The notes under the pieces: model-generated
The model's database searches: none
What the model was told of the DNA's origin: nothing
The model's input: the letters and a program-made list of their open reading frames with translations, nothing else
Part shown: positions 1 to 9,563 of the stretch, piece by piece
Numbering within the stretch: the stretch's first letter is position 1
Layout: each line of letters begins with the position of its first letter
Translations under genes and position numbers: made by a program
From: an uncultured Verrucomicrobiota bacterium
GTDB taxonomy: Bacteria; Verrucomicrobiota; Verrucomicrobiia; Palsa-1439
Length of the DNA: 64,000 bases
NCBI GenBank assembly: GCA_903825435.1
Contig: CAIKAP010000199.1
Location: forward strand, 1,771 to 65,770
Reading direction: 5' to 3'

Positions 1-59
1 GTGGGCTAACGTCGAGGCCTACGTCGCCGCAGTGCAAGAATTTAAGCAATAGGAACTTT

Positions 60-2399
60 ATGTTCATCAGGCTCACAAAATGGATGCTAATTGTGCTTTC
101 CGACGTGTGGCTGACACCACAGGCCCAAACTGAATCTGAAAACGTGGCGCGACTTCAGAACACGCGTGTTGGTGTTGTCTTCGACTTGTTACATGGAACG
201 TATGACCTAGTGGATACCGCAACCGGACAGATGGGTATCCAAGGCGCACACGCCGAAATCGCGCAATGGAATTCGACTGATATTGCCTACACCCGCAAGG
301 CGCAGACCGCCAACGTCGCCAGCGAACTCAGCCGAGGAGGGAGCCTGACGGTCGAATGTGTGGCGGTGGGGAAGCCGTTGCTGCTGCTGGAGTTCACACT
401 GCACCCGTCGTTTGTCGAGTTGCGTGTCGGCTTGAAAAACACAACTGCCGAGCCGGTGCGGATCAGGCAGTTCAAACCACTGGCCGGTGGCGTCGTGTTT
501 CCCGGCAGTGTGTGGTCAGACGTGCGCACGCTCGATGCCCCATCGGGCGCGAACCAACCCACAGTCACTACCAATGCTGTCCGTAGCAGTGCTAACAACT
601 TGCTTCTCACCTTCAAGCAGTCGGGCATCCGACGGTCGTTGATATTGGGCGCGTTGAAAACCGCTGACTTCATGAAATGGGAACACCTATCGGCAAGTAG
701 AGACGCTACTTTGGAGGCGAATGATCCGGTAGGCAAATTGGTCGAACCCGGTGAGACATACATACCGGAAGATAGTTTCTATATGGATGTCGGCACAGCA
801 AATCCATTTGAAGCACTGGAACAATACGGTCGGCACTTGCGCGCGGCGACTGGCGCGAATCCTAATCTGTACGATTTTCCGACGGTCTGCGCATGGTATG
901 CCGGCGTGTGGAAAACGAAGGGTGCACAAGATCACCCTGACAAATCCACTTACAAAATCAACACCACCACCGGCCTTGTCGAGGAAGCGCAGAAGATGCA
1001 GGAGTGTGGGTTCATGAACTACTCTCGTACTGCGGGCCGACTCGTACCGGATAATTACACGACTCTCAATCCTCAAGGTTGGTGGGACGACGAGCATTGG
1101 CGGCTGCACGGTTTCTATACCGCGCCGTATGAAACCTCCGTGAAGTTTAGTGAAGGCATGCACCGGTACGGTGCGCTGGCGTTCACATATATCCAACCAA
1201 CATGCCGTCGTACGTTCATTTCGAGAGATTTCCGCGTGCAAAATACCCGCTGGCTCTGCGCCAAGGACTTGAATCGAACGCTTGATTACTCGCAGCCCGA
1301 AGTTCAAGCGTATCTGTGCAAGAAGTTCGGAGCGCTTCGCGGCCACATTGACGGTTTGATGGTGGACTATTGCGACAACCTCTGGCAAACCGAGGCCAGC
1401 CAAGGTGGCTTTGCCGACCCGCACATGACGAGCACGGCGTTTTACCGGCAGTTTTTCCGTTGTGTGAAAGACGGCCTCGGCTCAAACTCATGGTTGCATG
1501 AACGCTGCATTCACCACCCGAATAATGATTTGACGCTCGGCATCACCGATTCACAACGCACATCGGGCGACACTGACAAGATCAGCCCGGCCATGGTCTC
1601 CCGAAGTGGCCTGCGTTGGTACAAAAATCGGGTTGTCCTCAGCTACGACATGGATTCGAAGGAACTCACCAGCGCGTGGAAGGTCAACGGTTGGACCGGC
1701 AGCGATCGAGATGGACGCCGCATGTTGCTGACGATGGCCTACGTGGCGGCGAGTCGGTTGCTGTTGGCAAATTCCTTCCGCGACATCACGCCTGAAATCC
1801 TCCACGACCTCGAACGCACTTTTCCATACCCGACCGAGCCACGCAGTGCACGACCCGTGGATGCATTTACCCATACCGGCTGGCCCCGCGTTTATGATTT
1901 CGCCGTCAGCCCTGACTGGCATCAAGTCACACTTTTCAACAACACCCTGCCGACTCGTGAAGAAACCATCGCCGTCGCGCTGGCCGGTGACACTGCTGAG
2001 GGTGCGCTTGGTCTCGATCCACGGCAAGATTACTACGTCTACGATTTCTGGAACGATCAGTTCGTCGGCAAACTCAAAGGCACCGGCACACTCCGGCAAG
2101 TCCTTCGTCCCGGTGAAGCCCGCATGTTATCCGTTCACAAAGTCGAGCGTCACCCGCAATTCCTCTCCACCAACCGGCACCTAATGCAAGGTCATCTTGA
2201 TCTCGACGACATGAAATGGGATGGCCATCGTCTGACCGGCAAAGCGAAGGTCGTTGCCGGAGAGCTGTTCAAAATCGTCATCGCCCTTAACGGCCATCAG
2301 CCCGAAAACCTGAAAATCTCTGACGATGGCCAATTCGCTGTGCTCACCATCGAGCGTCCAAAGAACGAAACTCTCGTATGGGGCATCAACTTTAAATGA
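60..2399 (+). CDS. Glycoside-hydrolase-like protein of unassigned family (alpha-galactosidase/melibiase-like TIM-barrel suspected)
   Basis: 779-aa ORF with a hydrophobic N-terminus. Its stop overlaps the next start (ATGA at 2396-2399). Segments FPTVCAWYAGVW and DGLMVDYCDNLW look like a glycosidase barrel. It sits next to a GH2 enzyme and a sugar symporter. Function is inferred only. Confidence 0.5.
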   Translation: MFIRLTKWMLIVLSDVWLTPQAQTESENVARLQNTRVGVVFDLLHGTYDLVDTATGQMGIQGAHAEIAQWNSTDIAYTRKAQTANVASELSRGGSLTVECVAVGKPLLLLEFTLHPSFVELRVGLKNTTAEPVRIRQFKPLAGGVVFPGSVWSDVRTLDAPSGANQPTVTTNAVRSSANNLLLTFKQSGIRRSLILGALKTADFMKWEHLSASRDATLEANDPVGKLVEPGETYIPEDSFYMDVGTANPFEALEQYGRHLRAATGANPNLYDFPTVCAWYAGVWKTKGAQDHPDKSTYKINTTTGLVEEAQKMQECGFMNYSRTAGRLVPDNYTTLNPQGWWDDEHWRLHGFYTAPYETSVKFSEGMHRYGALAFTYIQPTCRRTFISRDFRVQNTRWLCAKDLNRTLDYSQPEVQAYLCKKFGALRGHIDGLMVDYCDNLWQTEASQGGFADPHMTSTAFYRQFFRCVKDGLGSNSWLHERCIHHPNNDLTLGITDSQRTSGDTDKISPAMVSRSGLRWYKNRVVLSYDMDSKELTSAWKVNGWTGSDRDGRRMLLTMAYVAASRLLLANSFRDITPEILHDLERTFPYPTEPRSARPVDAFTHTGWPRVYDFAVSPDWHQVTLFNNTLPTREETIAVALAGDTAEGALGLDPRQDYYVYDFWNDQFVGKLKGTGTLRQVLRPGEARMLSVHKVERHPQFLSTNRHLMQGHLDLDDMKWDGHRLTGKAKVVAGELFKIVIALNGHQPENLKISDDGQFAVLTIERPKNETLVWGINFK

Positions 2400-5116
2400 A
2401 AAAACTCTTTCTCGTATTCATCTCAATCGCCGCCTTCGTCGGCGCGATGGCGCGTGCTGGTACGACGTTGCCACAGCTCACCCCGCGTCCTATTTCGTGT
2501 GAAGTGATTGATCTGGCCGGCACGTGGCGCTTCAACGGTTCGGCCAACATCGTCGTACCCGGCGAGTGGGTCATGCAAGGCTTCGACGTGAACCCTGGCC
2601 AGCCCGCCCTCTACGAACGCGAGTTCACCGTGCCGGCAGGCTGGACCGGTCAGCGCGTCAAGCTGCGTTGTGACGCGGTGTTCAGCGATGCGACAGTGTT
2701 CATCAACGGCACGCAAGCCGGCAAGCATCTCGGCGGATTCACGCCGTTTGAGCTGGATGTGACGGTGCTGGTCAAGCCCGGCCAGCCGAACATCATCAAG
2801 CTGGCGGTGATCAGCGAGTCATTGGCGGACACGGAAGCCAGCGCGTCGAAGTATGCGTGTCATCCGCTCGGCGGCATCTCGCGCGGCATCCGGTTGTTTG
2901 CGTTGCCGGAGGTGAACGTGTCGTCGCTGTGCGTGGTGACGAAGTTCGATAAGAATTTCCGTGACGCGACGCTGGAGTTGGACATTGAGGCGACCGGCGA
3001 CGCGATGGAGGTATTGACGTTGACGGCACCCAACGGCAAAGACGTGCCGCTGGTGCCGAACCGTATTGCGCCCGGTCACGTCAGTATTCCGGTCTCGAAT
3101 CCGGTAAAGTGGGACAACGAACATCCCAACCTCTACACGCTCACCGTGAAGTTGGAGCATGTCGGCAAGGTGGTGGAGACGGTGACGCAACGCGTCGGAT
3201 TCCGGCAAGTCGAAGTGCGCGGTAACCAACTGTTCGTGAACGGCATGCCGGTCAAACTGCGCGGCATTTGCCGGCACGAGGTGTATCCGCTGACTGGCCG
3301 CTCGGTGCCGTCGGGGTTGCATCGGCGCGACGTGGAGTTGTTCCGCAACGCCAACGTCAACCTCATCCGCACGTCGCATTATCCGCCCGACGAGGCGCTG
3401 CTGGAGGCGGCGGACGAACTGGGCATGTTTATCGAGTGCGAAGCGCCGTTCTGCTGGGCCAATGACATCTCAGAAAAAGAGCATTTTAATGTTACGCCTG
3501 CGAGCATCGACATGACCCGTCAGGAAACCGCCGAAATGGTGCTGGCCTACCGGAACCATCCCTCGATTCTCTGGTGGTCGGCCGCCAACGAATCCCGGTG
3601 GGGCGTGAATTTCGAGGCCTCTACCAAACTGATCCGGGAATTGGATCCGACCCGCCCGGTCTCGTTCTCCTATCCCACATCGCAGAACCGCTTCGGACAC
3701 GAATTGGACATCAGCAACGTGCACTACGCCGGACACAGTGACCCCATCCACGCGCGTCGCGGTTATTCCAAGCCCATCTTTCAGGAGGAAGAATGTCACC
3801 TCAACGCTTACAACCGCCTCGAACTCGCCACCGACCCTGGCCTTCGTGATCAGTGGGGGAAATATTTGCGCGAGATGTGGGACGACCAATACAACTCCCT
3901 CGGCTCGCTTGGCCAGGCGATCTGGGCCGGTATTGACGACACGTTTTACATCAAGGACGACCTGACTGTCGGCTACGGCACCTGGGGACCGATTGACGGT
4001 TGGCGCCGCGAGAAGCCCGAATACTGGAACATGAAAAAAGCCTACTCGCCGGTGCGTCTCGGCAAACCCACCGTTAGCGGCAACACTGTCGCCATTAGCG
4101 TTGAGAACCGTCAACACTTCGCCAATCTTAACGAGATGAAGATCGCGTGGAAACTCGGCAGCCAATCCGGCACCACCACCACCGACGCCCCGCCTGCCGG
4201 CAAAAGCGCATTGTCCATCGCATTGAATGTCGCGCCCCAGTCCGGGGATCGGCTCGAACTCATTTTCACCGATCCGCGCGGTTTCGTGGCGGATGAGTTT
4301 TCCATTGCCCTTGGCGGCACGGTTGGGACACCGCACCGTACCAATGACTCCGTTCCGCGACCGACTGTTGACAAACGAACCGGCCGGATCACGGCACCGT
4401 TTACGGGTCCAGAGTTGATGCTGTTGCCGCTCAACAATGACGGTGAGACGCAGATGACCGGCAAGACCAAGGTGTGGACGTCGTTCACCGCACCATGCAG
4501 CGGTTGGAAATGCGACAACATTTTCGGCGAAGGCGACCGCATCACGGTGCAGGGACAGTACGACAACGCCAAAGGCGCGTACACCTACACGTTCAAGCCC
4601 GGCGGTGTTGTCGAGATCGCGTACGAGTTCACGGCCACCAAGAAGATTGACCCGCGTCAAATCGGGTTGGTGTTCACCTTGCCGCACGACTGCGAAGTGT
4701 TCACGTGGGAACGCACCGGCTATTGGGACGTTTACCCCGACGACCACATCGCCCGGCCCAATGGCACGGTGAAGGCATCGGAAGGGTTCCCCGCCACGTC
4801 CGTCGGCCCTCGCATCAAACCGTCACACCCGTGGCGCCTCGACAACCTGCCGTATGGCAACAACGACTTCTGTTCCACCAAGCACAACGTCCTCCACGCC
4901 ACCGTCCTCGACGTCGCCGGTCGCGGTCTTGTGATTGACGGCCAAGGCAAACAACACGTCCGTTGCTGGCGCACCGGTGACGCTGTCCACGTCCTTGTTG
5001 CCGACTACTCCAACGGTGGCAGCGAACGTTTTCTGCGTGGACTCATCCAGAAAGACGACCGTCCGCTCAAGGCTGGCAGCGTCGTCAAAGGCGTGGTGCG
5101 GTTGGAAGTCCGGTGA
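2396..5116 (+). CDS. Glycoside hydrolase family 2 (beta-galactosidase/beta-glycosidase type), secreted
   Basis: 906-aa ORF with signal peptide MKKLFLVFISIAAFVGAMARA. GH2 hallmarks are present: NLIRTSHYPP, MFIECEAPFCW, WWSAANESRWG. Confidence 0.85.
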   Translation: MKKLFLVFISIAAFVGAMARAGTTLPQLTPRPISCEVIDLAGTWRFNGSANIVVPGEWVMQGFDVNPGQPALYEREFTVPAGWTGQRVKLRCDAVFSDATVFINGTQAGKHLGGFTPFELDVTVLVKPGQPNIIKLAVISESLADTEASASKYACHPLGGISRGIRLFALPEVNVSSLCVVTKFDKNFRDATLELDIEATGDAMEVLTLTAPNGKDVPLVPNRIAPGHVSIPVSNPVKWDNEHPNLYTLTVKLEHVGKVVETVTQRVGFRQVEVRGNQLFVNGMPVKLRGICRHEVYPLTGRSVPSGLHRRDVELFRNANVNLIRTSHYPPDEALLEAADELGMFIECEAPFCWANDISEKEHFNVTPASIDMTRQETAEMVLAYRNHPSILWWSAANESRWGVNFEASTKLIRELDPTRPVSFSYPTSQNRFGHELDISNVHYAGHSDPIHARRGYSKPIFQEEECHLNAYNRLELATDPGLRDQWGKYLREMWDDQYNSLGSLGQAIWAGIDDTFYIKDDLTVGYGTWGPIDGWRREKPEYWNMKKAYSPVRLGKPTVSGNTVAISVENRQHFANLNEMKIAWKLGSQSGTTTTDAPPAGKSALSIALNVAPQSGDRLELIFTDPRGFVADEFSIALGGTVGTPHRTNDSVPRPTVDKRTGRITAPFTGPELMLLPLNNDGETQMTGKTKVWTSFTAPCSGWKCDNIFGEGDRITVQGQYDNAKGAYTYTFKPGGVVEIAYEFTATKKIDPRQIGLVFTLPHDCEVFTWERTGYWDVYPDDHIARPNGTVKASEGFPATSVGPRIKPSHPWRLDNLPYGNNDFCSTKHNVLHATVLDVAGRGLVIDGQGKQHVRCWRTGDAVHVLVADYSNGGSERFLRGLIQKDDRPLKAGSVVKGVVRLEVR

Positions 5117-5290
5117 TAAGATGCCATATGAATCGATTATTCCTTGCATTTTTGCTTGCCGTCGCCACCAACCTTCGACATTGAAAAGAAGAACTAGCCA
5201 TGTTGACACAGTTGTCGCCAGAGAACACGGACGTTATGTGGGTTGTGACATTCACACAGTAGAACTCCAAACAGAAAAAAGGAATTGATC

Positions 5291-6898
5291 ATGCAATTGA
5301 ATCTTTGGGATTGGGTGGTCATTGCGGTGTACGCGGTGCTGGTGATTACGATCGGGTTGAGGGCGGGGCGCAAGCAGCATACGAGTGAGGGCTACTTTCT
5401 GGCTGGACGGCGGTTGAAATGGCCGTTTATTGGCGCGTCAATTTATGCGGCGAACATTTCCACGGAACATTTTGTGGGGCTAGCCGGTTGCGGGTATCTC
5501 ACGGGGTTGGCGTTCGGCTGCTACGAGTGGATTGCGGTGTTTTGCCTGATTCCGCTGATCGTGCTGTTCCTGCCATTCTATATCAAAAACCGCATCTACA
5601 CGGTACCGGAATTCCTTGAGCGGCGATTTGGGTCAAGCGTGCGTCTGGCATTCTCGGCGTTCATGGTGGTGCTGTCGGTGCTGGCGAAAATTTCCATTTC
5701 GCTGTGGGCGGCATCGTTGGTGTTTCATGAGGTATTTGGCTGGAATCAAATGGCGGTGATCTGGGGTGTGGGGTTGGTGACGGCGTTGTACACGATGAAG
5801 GGCGGCCTCAGCGCAGTGGTATTTACGGATGCGATTCAGACCACCGTCCTGATTCTGGCGGCGGTGATTATGACGGCCATCGGGTTGCATCAGGTGGGCG
5901 GCTATGCGGCGTTGCGGATGAAGCTGGATCCAGTGATGTTCTCGATGGTTCGGCCGGCGACCGATCCCGACCTGCCGTGGCCGGGAGTGTTCATCGGTGT
6001 GTTCCTAGTCGGCACGTTTTATTTCTCAATGGACCAGGTACTGGTGCAACGCGTGTTCGCTGCCAAGAACCTCAACGAAGGCCGTCTCGGTGCGACGTTC
6101 TGCGCATTTCTCAAGACGCTCAACCCGATCATTCTTGTCGGCCCCGGTTTGATTGCAGCGGCGTTGTACCCCGGCTTGGCAAAGGGAGACCTGGCGTATC
6201 CGACGTTGTTGAAAAATCTGATGCCGACCGGGTTATTGGGGTTGACCGTGGCCGGCATCACGGCGGCATTGATGGGACACCTCAGCGCGACGTACAACTC
6301 AATCGCAACGCTGGTAACGCGTGACTTTTATCTCAAGTTGCGTCCATGTGCAGATCAGGATCGCCAGATTCTAATCGGACGGATTGCTGTGTTGTCCGTA
6401 TTTATCCTCGGCGCGATCTGGGCGCCGGTGATCGGGCGCAGCAAGTCCATGTTCATTTATCTGCAAACCGTGTCTGCATACCTGATGATGCCATTTGCTG
6501 TGATTTTCCTATTCGCCGTGTTCTGGAAGCGCACCAACACCCCCAGCGTGCTAGCCTGCATGGTCGCGGCGTTGATCCTGTGTCCGACGATGATGCTCAA
6601 CAATCAGGAACATTTCCTACCGTTCATGAATCATCCGCTACTGCGTCCGTGGTTGCATGGCGCGATGCTGGTCACCTTGATTTGCATGTTAGTGTTGGTG
6701 GCTGTGTCGCTGCTCACCGCCCCACCGCCTGCGGCGAAACTGGAAAACACGACCGTGGCCAGCCTCTGGGGACGTGGTGCAAAAGCTTTTGACGAAGATG
6801 ATATGATGGCGGTGAAAACTCCCTTGTTCAAGGACTACCGTCTGTGGTTGACGGCGGTTTCGGTCGGAACGGCCATCGCGTGGTACATCATGCGGTAA
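5291..6898 (+). CDS. Sodium:solute symporter family (SSF/SGLT-like) transporter
   Basis: Polytopic membrane protein. It has YFLAGRRLKWPFIGASIYAANIS near the N-terminus and GGLSAVVFTDAIQT, both typical of the SSF family. The ATG at 5291 is preferred over the TTG at 5285. Confidence 0.85.
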   Translation: MQLNLWDWVVIAVYAVLVITIGLRAGRKQHTSEGYFLAGRRLKWPFIGASIYAANISTEHFVGLAGCGYLTGLAFGCYEWIAVFCLIPLIVLFLPFYIKNRIYTVPEFLERRFGSSVRLAFSAFMVVLSVLAKISISLWAASLVFHEVFGWNQMAVIWGVGLVTALYTMKGGLSAVVFTDAIQTTVLILAAVIMTAIGLHQVGGYAALRMKLDPVMFSMVRPATDPDLPWPGVFIGVFLVGTFYFSMDQVLVQRVFAAKNLNEGRLGATFCAFLKTLNPIILVGPGLIAAALYPGLAKGDLAYPTLLKNLMPTGLLGLTVAGITAALMGHLSATYNSIATLVTRDFYLKLRPCADQDRQILIGRIAVLSVFILGAIWAPVIGRSKSMFIYLQTVSAYLMMPFAVIFLFAVFWKRTNTPSVLACMVAALILCPTMMLNNQEHFLPFMNHPLLRPWLHGAMLVTLICMLVLVAVSLLTAPPPAAKLENTTVASLWGRGAKAFDEDDMMAVKTPLFKDYRLWLTAVSVGTAIAWYIMR

Positions 6899-7253
6899 CT
6901 GTAACGCTGCGAGGTAAGTTTCGTATTGGAAAGACAAAGAAAAACAAAGAATAGAAAACTTATTAAACTTGCCCATAGTCCCACCCGAGAGGAGAGAAGG
7001 CGCCGCTCTATCTCGTGCAGTCAAAAATTCATCCGACTTTTCCCCTGAAACCAGATCATTTCCCGTGTGAATCTTACCCAAAACGGTTTCATTTCGCATT
7101 TGCTGTTGTAGGGAGCTACAAAAATCTATCAACGACTTACGAAAGCTTGCCAGAGTTTTCACGCAGCCTCGCGGTCGAGCCAACCCCGAACCGCTCCGCA
7201 GCTCAGGGTGGCTCACCTTGAGTCGTCGTGCCGGTAACAGCGATCCACGGCTT

Positions 7254-7520
7254 TCATAGCATCTCCTTTTGTTTGTGTGCCTTCACTTCCCGTTCCGCTT
7301 TGGCAAACGGATTGGCTTGCGGCTGGGCTTCGAGGCGTTCGGTGCCGTCCAGCAGGCCGGTAACGGTGAGAATCTGAATCTTCGGGTATTCCTTCTGGTA
7401 GAACTTGGCCGTGTAGCGACCGGCAACAATCGCTTCCTTGACCATCGGCTTGCTCGGCTTCTCCAACGTGATGAGAGCAGGACAAGCACGATGCTTGCCC
7501 GAATGTGCATCGGGTTGGAG
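7254..7520 (-). pseudogene. C-terminal remnant of a site-specific DNA methyltransferase
   Basis: The open frame ends ..KPMVKEAIVAGRYTAKFYQKEYPKIQILTVTGLLDG.. This is the characteristic C-terminal tail (YPKIQILT..LL.G) of DPPF/DPPY N6/N4 methylases. No catalytic domain lies upstream, and an in-frame stop is at 7576-7578. Confidence 0.5.
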
Positions 7521-7538
7521 GGCGAAGTGTGCAAGCGC

Positions 7539-7570
7539 CGCTTGCGGGGCGGCGAGGTCGCTGCTAAGAT
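7539..7570. repeat. Direct repeat copy A (32 nt): cgcttgcggggcggcgaggtcgctgctaagat
   Basis: Matches 7825-7856 at 29 of 32 positions in the same orientation. Confidence 0.75.
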
Positions 7571-7576
7571 TTTTTT

Positions 7577-7810
7577 ATGAAGCTTACCAATGACAGCTAT
7601 CTCATTTTGATTGGGACCAAGAACTTCACGGAGCGGTATTACCGGGACAAGACCGGTTGGGTAAAGGTCAGCGCGCGTGGCCGGAAGTTTCGGGCGACGG
7701 CAGAGCAGGTCTTGAATCACGTGTTGCCTGCGCTGGCCGGGATTAAACGGAACCTGACCATTAAGGTGGAACATCGCGAGCCGGTCTTAGAAAACAAACA
7801 AAACGCTTAA
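7577..7810 (+). CDS. Hypothetical 77-aa protein
   Basis: ATG ORF lying exactly between the two 32-nt direct repeats, preceded by a T7 run. I recognise no motif. Confidence 0.35.
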   Translation: MKLTNDSYLILIGTKNFTERYYRDKTGWVKVSARGRKFRATAEQVLNHVLPALAGIKRNLTIKVEHREPVLENKQNA

Positions 7811-7824
7811 TCAGTTGCCGGTGT

Positions 7825-7856
7825 CGCTTGCGGGGCGGCGCGGTCGCTGTTAGGAT
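7825..7856. repeat. Direct repeat copy B (32 nt): cgcttgcggggcggcgcggtcgctgttaggat
   Basis: Second copy of the 7539-7570 repeat. It lies immediately upstream of the lysA start. Confidence 0.75.
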
Positions 7857-7869
7857 GCGCGACAATCTT

Positions 7870-9114
7870 ATGAATGCATTTCAATACAAGGCAGGGCAGT
7901 TACACTGTGAAGGTGTTTCTCTGACGCAATTGGCGGAGGAATTCGGTACGCCACTGTACGTGTACAGCCGTAATCACATCCTCGGCCAGTGGCGCGCGCT
8001 GGACGAGGCGTTTGCTGGCGTGGACCATCTTGTGTGTTATGCGGTGAAGGCCAACAGCAATTTATCGGTGCTGCGCGCGCTGGCGGAGGCGGGCGCGGGC
8101 TTCGATATCGTGAGCGGTGGCGAACTGGAGCGGGTGATCCGGGTTGGCGGCGACCCGGCAGGCTGCGTATTTGCTGGGGTTGGCAAGACAGCGGGCGAGA
8201 TTGAGGGGGCATTGCGGTGCGGGATCGGGTGCTTCAATGTGGAAAGCGTTCCGGAGTTGTTCCGTATATCGGCGGTGGCAGAGGTGATGGGACGGCGGGC
8301 GCCGGTGGCGTTGCGGGTGAATCCGGGGGTTGACCCGGATACGCATCATTATATTGCGACGGGTAAACACACGAGCAAGTTTGGGATCGCGTTGAAGGAC
8401 GCGCTAGCAGTGTATCGTGCAGCGGCAGGGATGCCGTGGATCGAGATTCGCGGAGTGCAGATGCACATCGGCTCGCAGATCACGAAGGTCGCGCCATACG
8501 TGCTGGCAATCCGGAAGATGTTGCCGCTGATCGAGCAGGTGCGGGCGTTGGCGCCGGAGACGCTGGAGTTTTTCGACATTGGTGGCGGGTTGGGCATCAC
8601 GTACCACAATGAGACGCCGCCGACGGTGCGCGAGTTTGCGGCGGCGGTGAAGCCGTTGCTGCGGAATCTCGGCTTGCGGATTGTGCTGGAGCCGGGGCGC
8701 TTTATCGTGGGCAACGGCGGTGTGTTGGTGACGCAGGTGCAGTACGTGAAGCGGACGCCGTTGAAGCGGTTTGTGATCGTGGACGCGGCGATGAATGATT
8801 TGATTCGTCCGTCATTGTACGAGAGTTACCACGAGGTCGTGCCGGTGCGGAAGGCGCGACGTGCGACGATGAAGGCTGACGTGGTGGGACCAGTGTGTGA
8901 GTCAGGGGATTTCTTGGCGCGGGACCGTCGTGTGGCTGCGGTTGAGGAGGGGGAGTTGCTGGCGGTGATGAGCGCGGGGGCGTATGGGATGGCGATGTCG
9001 TCGAATTACAACACGCGTGGACGGGCGGCAGAGGTGTTGGTGGACGGGCGGAAGGCGGTGTTGGTGCGGTGTCGGGAGAGCTTTGCGGAAATGGTGCGGG
9101 CGGAGATTGGTTAG
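7870..9114 (+). CDS. lysA: Diaminopimelate decarboxylase
   Basis: MNAFQYKAGQLHCEGVSL..GTPLYVYS, YAVKANSN (PLP lysine) and CESGD are the typical LysA layout. The ATG at 7870 is chosen inside the longer ORF. Confidence 0.9.
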   Translation: MNAFQYKAGQLHCEGVSLTQLAEEFGTPLYVYSRNHILGQWRALDEAFAGVDHLVCYAVKANSNLSVLRALAEAGAGFDIVSGGELERVIRVGGDPAGCVFAGVGKTAGEIEGALRCGIGCFNVESVPELFRISAVAEVMGRRAPVALRVNPGVDPDTHHYIATGKHTSKFGIALKDALAVYRAAAGMPWIEIRGVQMHIGSQITKVAPYVLAIRKMLPLIEQVRALAPETLEFFDIGGGLGITYHNETPPTVREFAAAVKPLLRNLGLRIVLEPGRFIVGNGGVLVTQVQYVKRTPLKRFVIVDAAMNDLIRPSLYESYHEVVPVRKARRATMKADVVGPVCESGDFLARDRRVAAVEEGELLAVMSAGAYGMAMSSNYNTRGRAAEVLVDGRKAVLVRCRESFAEMVRAEIG

Positions 9115-9563
9115 GAGAGCAGTTGCTGTAGGCAGTCAATCAGTTTCTGGACGGGGAAAGGTTTCATCAGGTACTTGGAGCCGTTTTTGCAAAGGAAGAG
9201 GTTAATCTGCGGGTCGGCAGCGTAGCCGGTGATGAAGATGAAACGGTCGGTGAGACGGGGGTGAACGGCGATGGCTTCTTTGTAGAACTGATCGCCACGT
9301 AACTTCGGCAACATGACGTCGCAAATGATGGCGTCGTACTGGTTCTCCTTCACTTTAGTTAGCCCGTCTTGTCCGTCAAATGCGACGTCCACGAGGTAAT
9401 TCCGGTCGGCGAGGCTCCATTGGAGGGTAGAGGCGAGTTGGCGGTCGTCGTCCACGAGGAGAACGGCTTTAAAGTCGAATGACTGGGACGATTCCTCTGG
9501 GACTTTTGATTCAGGTTCCATAACCATGGTGTTACTGTAGCGGTACTTTATCTGACTTACCAC
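9111..9563 (-). CDS. Single-domain response regulator (CheY-like receiver)
   Basis: Contains VLLVDDD, DAIICDVMLPKLRG and KYLMKPF. Its start overlaps the upstream kinase stop by 7 nt. Confidence 0.85.
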   Translation of the reverse strand: MVSQIKYRYSNTMVMEPESKVPEESSQSFDFKAVLLVDDDRQLASTLQWSLADRNYLVDVAFDGQDGLTKVKENQYDAIICDVMLPKLRGDQFYKEAIAVHPRLTDRFIFITGYAADPQINLFLCKNGSKYLMKPFPVQKLIDCLQQLLS

